A stretch of 64,000 nt of DNA. Origin: Balanoglossus misakiensis. Taxonomy: Eukaryota > Animalia > Hemichordata. Location: the NCBI GenBank assembly GCA_040954595.2, contig CM082585.2:3750902-3814901 (forward strand), read 5' to 3'. Position 1 is the stretch's first letter; the number at the start of each line of letters is the position of its first letter. The notes under the pieces were generated by a model. The model was given only the letters and a program-made list of their open reading frames with translations, was not told the DNA's origin and did no database searches. The translations under genes and the position numbers were made by a program. Positions 53,801-64,000 of this stretch are shown here, in pieces.

Positions 53801-55917
53801 AATCAAAGAATGCTGACCTGTTTTCTTCTATCACTCCATGCTGCTGGGAGTGTGCGATCGACAATGTGGGGTTAATGGATCCCACAGTATAAGACACAAG
53901 CACTGATTGGACGATGAACAGTCTGAAATTACTGTGTGCGAAAATTTTACCCAATGCCGCAATTTGACAGAAACTACAATATGCTAGACATCATTTTTGC
54001 TATTCGTTATTTCTTATGAAAATTTACAAATTCATGGTTATGTGAGAACTAAAATCTCACACACGAAAGACCCAGGTTAAGATTACTCACTTTTGTCACA
54101 TAATTTCCCCAGTTCATATAATACATGTAATCACTCACATTTTTAGAATGGTTCATCAAAATTCTTACAAGAATGATGCAGATGGTTAAGTCAACATTTT
54201 CACAAACTGCTGATGCAGTTTATTCGACTTCAATCAAGCAATTACTGACAACTTAGCTGTGTCCTGTATCAGGAAAATATTGCAGATCTTTAAATAGGAC
54301 AAATACACAATTTTGCTGAAATGAAAGGATTATAGGGGAAAAGAAATTTCACAAGGACTGGAAACTTGTTGATCAATTAAATCACTCTGTGTTTGGCCCG
54401 CTATACATCGTGTGCATTTGCAGCCAAGGCGTAGTATGCTTTTCAGTACTTTTAGATCACTGTCGCTCCTGAATTTCCGGCCGTAAAAATTCAAACACTA
54501 CAGACTTCTTATGTTCAAGCTCATTTCTGTAAAATAACAGGTCAAAGCTAACTAAAAGTTTGACATATCTTAAGCCAGTTTCAGCAACTCACCACAGCTG
54601 AGCAAACTGGGTGACTGACTATACCACGAGGACACAGGACAGAAGCCTACAGTAGGGAAGGGTGTTCCAATGTTTAGTTATTAGTCTAGAATGTAATGTC
54701 GATTTCAAAGCTTACCGTTTTGCAATGTTGAATGTATCACTTTTATTTTATCGGAATTTTCTTAAAGGGACAAAGTCCCTCTCTCGCTGCCCTCTTTCCC
54801 TTACGGTAATTTTGTTTGCTAGAAGACACCGTTTATGTTATGCTAATGTGGATATATATTGTGAATCAGCATTCGACCACACGCAACTTCCTTGTTGCTG
54901 CGCAAGTCATTGAAATATAGCTACATCACGCGAATACATTGCAATATCAGTCAAACTTCATGTAATAACCTGTAATTATCTTGCCATTTACTTCTTACAC
55001 AGGAAGACATTCATTATTTTCATTGGAAAAGACTCACAATGCATGTATATGCATGTATACAATCACTCTTTCGAAGAAGTTGTATGTGAAACACTAATAC
55101 GTTCTCAAAATTTCTGTGTTAGATTGTTAGGAGGGTTAGGTTACTCAGATTCCGCATGCTTGGCTGGAGTTTCTAGTGCCCCCGGCTGTAAATTATGACA
55201 GCCCCCTTTATGCTATAATAGGTGAAACTTCTCATATAATGCCCACAACGTGATTGGCCAACTATTACAGCGCGGAGAGTGCATCCAATCTCAATTATTG
55301 CAAATCACGTGATTCAACACCCCTAAAACTAGATGGACCCTGCCAATAAACTAACCTCGCAAGCTTTTGTTAAAAGCAGTCGAATAGGTACATGTATAGA
55401 CTCTACTTTCAACGTCTGGTGTCAGTCATAACTTACCGTGTACCGCTTACATCCCGCTTGTAGAGCTCTGTGCTATTGACGCAGCTGTACTCGTAAGTAC
55501 AGTTCTTTTATATTTTTTTATCATAGTGAATGTACTGTTTAGTTGATCTTATCTGATGTGATGAGACATTTTTGAGCAAGACCTGAACACAGGATGAAAT
55601 GTGAATCTGCAGCGGCCCCGCCGACTAATCGATGGCAACATTCAGCTCTGGTGTTCATTGTGTCCAGAGTAGTTTTATTTATTTATTCATTTACTTATTT
55701 ATGCTTTTAATGTGCGTCAGAAATTCTCTGAGTAAGTTTCGTGGGATTCGCCACATTACAACACAAAGACTGTTCATCAAACTTGTATTTGCATCAGTTT
55801 GTCATCTCTTGGTGACGCATACCACGATAGCTGCGTACTGTTTGTATGGAGGCCGATTAAACAGGTGCGGCTCCCGTTTAATATATCACTTGTTCAAATT
55901 GCAACATACAGCCTTAA

Positions 55918-56722
55918 GGCTGCATTCACAAACACCTCTGGAGGGGGGGGGGGCGGGAGAATTCAATTTTTTTTACCGCTAATTTTCACATGCCCCCCTT
56001 CCGAACTGCCAATATTTTCAAATCCCCCCCTTCCGAACTGCCAAAATTTTGAAATCCCCCCCCCCCCATTGTCTTTCACAGAGCAAAACACATCACCTAT
56101 CTATCTTGTAAAAAGAAAAAACAGCGCTCCCATGAAAAGAATTTGAAACTGATGTTTGCCCTCATCAGTGGGTATTAAAACTGAACATTGTTTTTATTTT
56201 TTAAGTACATATATTTGTATTCTGTGTTGGGAGACTTTGTAAACCGAGAATTGAAGGGGGTGGGTTTGGGAGGGGGTGTCCCCCTCCTACGTAAGAAAAT
56301 TTTCTAAAATACAGAGCTCAAAGCTGCATTTTAATGAACCCGGCAAAAGCAAATTAACTCAACTACCGGTATGTTGGGGAGGACAAATTTAACCGTTGGC
56401 GCTCAAAGTTATCATCGGGTGGGGCAAGTCCCCTGACCTGGGACACTAGATAAACCAGTCAATGATTGAAAGGTGTTGATGAATGGAGGGGGTGGGTGTG
56501 GGAGGGGGTGTCCCCCTCCCACATTAGAAAATTTTGTAAAATAAAGGGCGCGAAACTGCATTTTTGTGGACTCAAAATAAATATTTAGTCGTTAAAGTTT
56601 TCAAGTCCCCCCCCCTTCAGTCCCTAAATTAATTCAAATCCCCCCTCACATACCCTCAATTTTTTCAAATCCCCCCCTCAATTCTCCTGCCCCCCCCTCC
56701 AGAGGTGTTTGTGAATGCAGCC
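55918..56722. mobile_element. PIF/Harbinger-like MITE, complete; inverted relative to 9514-10290
   Basis: taa|ggctgcattcacaaacacctctggaggg...ccctccagaggtgtttgtgaatgcagcc|taa. Confidence 0.9.
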
Positions 56723-56757
56723 TAACTGGGTGTATACCTATCAGTAAACTTATTTAA

Positions 56758-57420
56758 GGTGGCATTGCATGAAAAGTTGTGATTTTTGCCAAATTTTACT
56801 TTTTTACATAAATCGGTAGGCCTAATACTGACCCACAACCTGACTAATACGTCTTGGCGGAAATGGTGCATAATCACCCCAAAATAGCACTTTTCTGAAT
56901 GAGTTCACAGCTTAACAAATAGGTGTCAACAATGCAAATAGCCGTTTTTCTCAGTTTGCATTTTCGCTGCTCTTGACAACTTCAGACGAAAATAGCTTCG
57001 CTCTGCGTTGGCCGAATTTGCTCAAATTTTAACTGGGGATTGTGTATGACCCATCCAACAAAACGGTATTTTTGTTAGTCGATAAAGTGTCCCTGGCGGG
57101 AATAAACTCTGATTCAATACAACTCACCGTGAATTTGATCAAATTTTACTAAAAATCTAACTTTCAAACGCTGTTACTCCTCAATGGAAGCAGATAACGA
57201 AGATAATTTTACCTATTTTAAATTTTATGACATACTATCAAAAAAATGGGTTTTTTCACCCAAAATCGCCACCATTTCCGGGGATCAATAATATTTGCAA
57301 CTCAAACAAAAGTTTAAATACTCAGCTTCCAGAATATATATGGTTTATGGGGGTTTTAACTTTGTCTTTGATGAGAAATAGGCCTCTGAAAAAGTCTCGA
57401 CGGTTTCATGCAGTGCCACC
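56758..57420. mobile_element. TTAA-flanked MITE (Kolobok-like)
   Basis: ttaa|ggtggcattgcatgaaa...tttcatgcagtgccacc|ttaa. Confidence 0.82.
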
Positions 57421-58147
57421 TTAAATGGACCAATATAAGTTGGAAAGTAAAATCCGAAAAAAAATGCAAAACGTGGCAGCTCTTGGGGCTTTAACATGTT
57501 TGACATCATGATTTAAAGAACGATGGGATGAACTGAAATTTCACATTCACATTTATCAAAGTTTCAACTTGGCACAAGATATCAACGGCTGATAAAATGG
57601 ACAAAATTGAATAATGTGTTCGTGAAAGTACATACATGTATAGTACTCAGTGACCCAGGTGACTATCCATTGACACTGCGTTCTGACGTGAGTTAGAAAA
57701 AAATACTGGTACATGTACATTATACTGTATGAATAGTTTGATTGATTTAAAATAGCCTAAATGTTTTTTTTATACTTTAACTCACTATTTTTAACTCACT
57801 ATTTTAAACTCATTTACATACATCAGCAAAGATAGGGTTAACATGTGCCAGTTTGTTTAGTTTGTTACAGAGGTTAACCACGGCAGCCATTACATTTTAT
57901 AAGAGAAGTGTGATAATAATCCCATGTGGTCGACAGAATTTTAACGTGGCAGGTAACCTCTATTTTATGCACCTTTCGGTCAATTCTCTTTTTACTATAA
58001 TTCCATACAAATCTGTTGAAAACATTGATCCCCCAACCATTTGGTTGTAAAGAACCCCCTCCCCCCGATTTCCAACGACCCCTCCCCCGCGTAAAAAATG
58101 AATGCTCCCTTAATGATGTCGCCATTTTGTTGTAAAACAGCAGCACG

Positions 58148-59716
58148 ATGGAAGATTTGAAGGCACTGGTTCACTTCCCGGAGGATTATTTCAAGGGACT
58201 GGCAACAGTAATGAAGTATGATATACACAACCTCTATTTGGAAGAAAGGCCCAAAAATACGAGACGTGTTTTTGAAAAGTTTGAATTCAAGGGAGACAAA
58301 CATTCTGAGTTGCAAGTACTCGGTATAGGAACAGGAGATGGTGAGAATAAATTAAACTTCTGTGTTGAACTTAAATTTGGTAATCCGATTATAGGAGAAT
58401 GAATTTTATTCACGAACGTAAATGTAAGAAGAAAACATTACCATCAAACCGATGTTGCATGCTCCATTTATATAAAAAAAAACATTGTCTCGAGCTCAAC
58501 ATTTAAATGCCTAGGATTAATTCATTGATATTTTCATGTATGATGGTCCCACAAACTGCATGATATACAATGTACGTTGTTAACATAGTTCCTTTTCTAG
58601 AGTTTTCATGTTTCATTATGACAATGAAGCTAAGGTACAAAATCCGATCAAATAACAGGTAACATGGATATTCCAATAATCGACACGTTGTGCGACAAAT
58701 ATCACCATGCCAACTTTTATGTTGTGGAACCCGTGGAAAGTGAAGTTAACAAGTACAAAGCGTTGGTGGCGTCCAAGCAGGAACAGGGCTTGTGGAAAAA
58801 TGCCGAGTTTGAATTCCACCACCCGGGAACTATTGAAAGCTATCTCGCAGATGCCAGAACGGGGAAGACCCAGAACAGGTTTGACGTCATTCATCTCCAA
58901 CACAGTGCCTATCATTTAATCAACGTTGAGGACATCTTTGTAGAGATGTACGGAATGCTAAACCCCGGTGGGATGTTGTTCAATTTGATGAATAAAGGTA
59001 GGCAAACACAAGACAAACTACGGCTCTACTTGGATTGATGTTTATGGTATTAGCTTCAGTGTGACGTTCGTGACAACAAAATTTTCATTGCAAATTTGGT
59101 GAAACAATATCCTTGACACGTAAACCTATATATCAATTATTGAAATGCCTTTTTTAATTAAATGTATTTCTAAACTCGTGTATATTGTCAACACCGGGTT
59201 CTAATATTTTTAGCAATCCAAATTTGAAGTGACAACACAGATACTAATTTTCGTCAAATGGTAACATATGCAATATATAACACAACTCTGTGCTTTGCAA
59301 GTACTGAAGCTACTTAACACGACCATGAGAAGAAGTCATGATGTTCTGCTATTTCTCCTTAAGGACCCTGGGAGAAGATTCTTCTACGCACTGGGAAAAT
59401 CATTCCCGACCCCTTGGATTGCAAGTTTGGATCGGCTACGCTTCGAGAGATGTTGCAGCGACGGATGCCATACGTAGAGATCACTGTAGCAAACCATGGG
59501 AATTTCAATTTCTGCATTGACGAGTGCTTCAAAGAAGACTCCAAAGATGGGAATTTGATGCTTGATTTCCTGACCCAAGCCCACAACTTCAGACAGAATG
59601 CACCCAGAGAGATATTCAGTGATATCATGCAATATTTGAAAGATGAATGTTGTTATAAGGTCGATGATAACTTAGTTTTTGCCGGGGAAGAGGAAGGCAT
59701 TGTGATTATTAAGTAG
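58148..59716 (+). CDS. HNMT: Histamine N-methyltransferase-like SAM-dependent methyltransferase; exons 58148-58340, 58659-58997, 59364-59716 (294 aa)
   Basis: Phase-1 GT-AG introns, 885 nt in total. VLGIGTGDGNMDIPII...VVEPVESEV, FDVIHLQHSAYHL, LNPGG, GPWEKI, CFKEDSKDGNLMLDFLTQ resemble HNMT. Orthology and substrate not established. Confidence 0.82.
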
Positions 59717-60435
59717 AAATTCTGTCTTATAGTTTGCGGTCCGTTGTTTTTGTGGCATGATTGAAGCAAATATAGCAAAGAATTAATTATTTTCATCGTG
59801 GTTTCTAACTCATCGTGGAAAACTGAATTGGTGTGTGCAATCATAGTAGAGTCAAAGTGCTCATTGTAGAGATTTTAATGTTCTACTTTTATTCATTTAA
59901 ATTTGTTTCATAATTAAAAATAAATCAAAGGAAACTGATTTTAATCCTTGAATATCAATAAAGTAGGCGAATAAAATTGAAAAAATATCAGAATTTATAT
60001 TCTAGCCCACGCAACATCACACCTGAATGTTTAAATGGTTTTAAGTTCTTTGAAAAAATGACGACTTGACCGGATACAAGTGGTATGCTCAGATGTCATC
60101 ATCAACCGACATTACGACCAGACTCAGTGCATCCCACTCAGTTTCCAAGGAGTGCATCTCACCATTCCTTAAATTGGGGGTCATGACACGTGTTTTCGAA
60201 TCTTCATTAATTCACAACGGTGTCGCCCGTTAGTAAAGGTAGTGGTCTACTCAAGAATACTGTCATTTCTTGATTTATATACAAAGCCACTCAGCAAAGC
60301 GGTTTCTAGTGTCTTTAAGTTAATTTTTGAACAAGTATATAGATTCCATCTAAAAAGTAAATTTTACAGCAACATCAGAACCGTCTGGGGGAGTTCGAAA
60401 TGTATGTGAACCTCAAGCAAGTTCAACGAGCCATT

Positions 60436-60990
60436 AGAGAGGTTTAGTTACACGTAAATACGCGTAGTCTGACGGCAGGCAGTGGCGTTCGCGTATGTGT
60501 AGCGACGCCTGAATTTTGCGGTTTAGTTGTCCGTTTTGAATAACGCAAATATTTAAAAACAATAGAAAATTCAAATATTTTTCACTTCAATAAATTTTGT
60601 GTGTGATGAATATTCTCTAAGATCACCACCCTTGCAATAAGTTTCTTGACTGTAGTGGAAATATAGTTTAGTGAAGTTTTCCGATGTCTTTGTCGAGGCG
60701 CCCACTGAAAACTTAGCATGAGAATAATTTTTTGTGTTCATGTTCTGAATACACCAAATACCGCCGGTTTTAGCACATATGGCAGAATTTAGAGAATAAT
60801 CGCTCAAATTAAAGAGAGAATATCGAGAAATTCCGAAAAAATGTTACACGTTACATGTATCATGATTACGCGTAGAAGCGTCGCTTGCCGTTCCGAACGT
60901 CTGCTCCACACGTACGCGACGTCTGCTTATCACGTGACAACGACGCTAAGCGTACTGATCGAACATATTTACGTGTAACTAAACCTCTCT
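60436..60990. mobile_element. Complete MITE with 3-bp TSD (Harbinger-like)
   Basis: att|agagaggtttagttacacgtaaata...tatttacgtgtaactaaacctctct|att. Confidence 0.82.
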
Positions 60991-63599
60991 ATTAATTGTG
61001 TAGCATGCTGGTCTGACAAACCAATTCATTTTCAATGTCAAACAGATGATCCTAAAATAGAAACAATTGAGTGAAAGATCAACAGTGACAGCAAACTATG
61101 AATAAAATGCTTGAAGGATTATCTTTGTAATTTTGCATTTGTGGAGAAAAGCTGAAAACCTTTGCTTTTTTTCTTCCTTTCGTCCTCTGTTTCTCTAAAA
61201 GTATTTACTACACATCTTGTCTGTACTCTGTAATACTACATAATTAATGTGCGAAGGGAAATCATGTGGGCGGCTTGTGATGTGAGACATTCAGTGAACT
61301 GCAGTTTCATGTGCATCGTACACCTGCCCATGCATGTAGGAATTCGCACGGTTTCCAAATTTTGTCGAAGTGATTTAGAAATGCACCATGCGAGTGTACT
61401 GACGGAATACAAGGGTACTACTGCGTTCTAGCGTTACTGTATAGAAAACTATACCACATGCACACGGTAAATCAAATTTTGTCGAAGAACTCTGAAAAAA
61501 CTACCGCAACTAGTGTATTGAAACTTTACTAGGTGGCGCTTTGTTACAATAGTTGTTCGTTCATCATAGACTTAAAGGCGAAAAGGTTTCCAACTAGGTA
61601 TAAAGAGAAGAAAATCGCTTACCTGCGACAACTTTCCAAACGGCAATGGCGGACGCGGGGCGCCCCTAGTGGCGAATATATGTATATTGGATGTCACGCT
61701 TGAAAGATTCAGACGTAAAACTATACAGAACTATGCTCCACTATAAAGCTTTTTCGGCTGCACTTTGGTGTCTGGATGTCACAGTATGTGTTTTCCACGT
61801 GCTTTACTTGTGTTTCGGAGGCTTAACACATAATTTCTATGTAGGGCCTGTATAGGGAGTCCCTCTCCCTCTCCTTTGAGTATCATCAAATGAAGTGTAA
61901 TTTGATTCGATGGGGAAAAGGCAGCATAGGCCTACATACATACTGCACAAAAGTGTACGCTTTAATGTCAACCAGAATAATCCAGAGTAATCCAGGGCAA
62001 ACACATACAATTTGTTTTAAAGTTACAGAATATAACTCCACCATAACGACAAGTGAAATTACGGGTTATTACAATGGCTATTACGAAACAGAAATCAATT
62101 TATACATGTATATATCCTATCCTGGCAGATCACAAAGAAATGTATAAATTACATCGTACTACATGAACAGAATCAATCATAGACGCACTCAACCTAACAA
62201 AATGCAATTCTTTTTAAATTCTCATAAAAACGCTTCTCTTTCGAACAAGTTTTTGACACCTCTAGCTAAATGCTATTCATTTTACAATTAATGCATTGTC
62301 ACCAAAAATCGATTGCCAAAACTTCATAACTTCTATATAAAAAATAAACTAAAAAAGAACAAATTTTGAATGGTAAATTATTTGTCTAGCAAATATCCCA
62401 TAAGCTTATTTTGTCACTGCTCTAGATCTAATGGACGCTCTCGTGCTAAACGTTGCATCGACCATCATCCACCATTGCACTGAAAACAGTCAGATGATTA
62501 CACAGACACAGGGTAGAATTGAAGTCGGATTGTGGTGACACCTGAAAGATATCAAGCAAAAAATGTGATGACAAAGCATTGGGCGTTTCTTTTGCAAGTG
62601 AAACAAATTCAAACACTTGGTTTACGTCACAGAGATAAAATATATAATGGAAAAGAGTCCTTACTTATATCAGTGCATTTTTTACGTTTGCAGTATTTTC
62701 CACGTGTCAGCATTACTCTTAAGGTGCAGTACCTTCTGTATTTTTAGTTTTTGTTGCATATTTATCCACAGTATCCCCCTAAAATCACACTTATTGTCAC
62801 TTGTCTTTAGTTTCATCGCTTGCAAGTACAGGGAGCATATCAATTATTGCAAAATTGGAAGAAAAGCGTTTACCTTACAACCATCGTTTTGCCAGTCAGC
62901 CTCATCAAAGTAGCTACATCTGTGTTGAGTAGTGAGAACCTTGATGTCAACCCCATGGGCTGTGGAGAAAAAAAGAACAACAGAACAAACTTCGGTATCT
63001 TCCACCTTATTCATTTAAAATCAACTGGGAAATATTTTAAAGTTGTGAAACAGCGGTCACGATGGAATATTTTGACACAGGCCAAATTTTCTAATATTTT
63101 AAATTCCAAAAATGACTATCAATATGTGAATCAATCCAACAGAAAAACATTAAATTAGTAATTTTATGACAACAAGTCAGTAATCACCATATTTTCACCA
63201 AAACGTTTAACATACTTTATAATGGCAATGAATATTACAAGCTGAAAGTCCCTTGAGCTGCAAAATTTCCCTTTTTTCCACTTCAAATCTATTCCCTGTC
63301 CTCTACAATCTTCACCATTAAGCCGTATCACATGTTTTTGCATCAGTTTGTCAACTCTTGGCGACGCATACAACAACGGTTGTGTACTGTTTGTATAAGG
63401 CTGATTAAACGGGTGTGGCATCCATTTAGTATAAAGCGTGCTCAAATTTCAACATACACCCACAATTGGGCGTCAATGAGATATGATATATTCACGTATA
63501 ACTATTAGTAAGCTTATTTCGATGTTCTAATCTAAGTTCGAAAATAAAATCATAAAAATAATGCAAAAGTGGCAGCTCTAGACTCTTTAATATGTGCCC

Positions 63600-63762
63600 C
63601 ACACAAACAGTAATCCGTTTTTTTTACATTTGCATATAAAACCTGGCCGTATTCTGATTAGCTTTTTAAAATATCGCGCTAACAGACAGACAAACAGAAA
63701 GATAGACATATACCCACACAGAAGAGGCGATAACATTACCGCGCTATCATCACGCGAGGTAA
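63600..63762 (-). mobile_element. Short HINE/Helentron-like fragment
   Basis: Minus strand reads ttacctcgcgtgatgatagcgcggtaatg (inverted repeat) followed by a ctgt-type microsatellite. Confidence 0.45.
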
Positions 63763-64000
63763 GAATCACGAAAAAATGCAAAAAGTGGCAACTCTTTGTG
63801 CTTTAATGAAATCGCAAGATCGTTGCATTACTTACTGTATATAAATGTTGATTTGTGAATTTGACAGTACCATAAACAGCAACCACACCTCCCGCAAACA
63901 CAACTTACCACTGGTAAGGTCAAAGACTATGTAATACAAGCCTGTCCTGCTGATCTTTGCTTCTGGTAGAAATATGGATGCTGTACACCCTGCGAATACC

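Larger units (their letters stand above)
45845..55913 (+). repeat. Tandem segmental duplication: unit 1 at 45845-51138, unit 2 at 51139-55913
   Basis: Collinear introns, AS3MT exons 6-8, 3'UTR and downstream DNA in both units; unit-specific indels; TTAAGG at all three boundaries. Confidence 0.92.

Overview
Eukaryotic, intron-containing, AT-rich animal DNA. The gene families and repeats suggest a marine invertebrate deuterostome such as a hemichordate or echinoderm; this is inference only. Genes read from the sequence: 3' part of ZRSR2; an intronless glycine N-acyltransferase-like gene; an intronless cytosolic sulfotransferase plus an inverted truncated paralog; a 3-exon death-fold adaptor with an unusual DED / TRADD-N-like / death-domain architecture; an intronless TRIM-NHL gene; an orphan 5' fragment of BCAT; a disrupted carbohydrate sulfotransferase; an 8-exon AS3MT whose last three exons are tandemly duplicated; and a 3-exon histamine N-methyltransferase-like gene. 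The most striking structure is a nested 10.25-kb unit (16802-27054). A PIF/Harbinger-type MITE with matched TIRs and a TAA TSD contains an L1/Tx1 LINE with its own 15-bp TSD. That LINE is split by about 5.9 kb of captured genomic DNA carrying the intact TRIM-NHL gene and the intron-containing BCAT fragment, making it a Pack-TIR-like gene-capture candidate. Also present: a 127/130-bp satellite with a 517-bp higher-order repeat, a 3.7-kb stepwise compound tetranucleotide array, and many MITEs. All calls were made by eye; no database searches were run.
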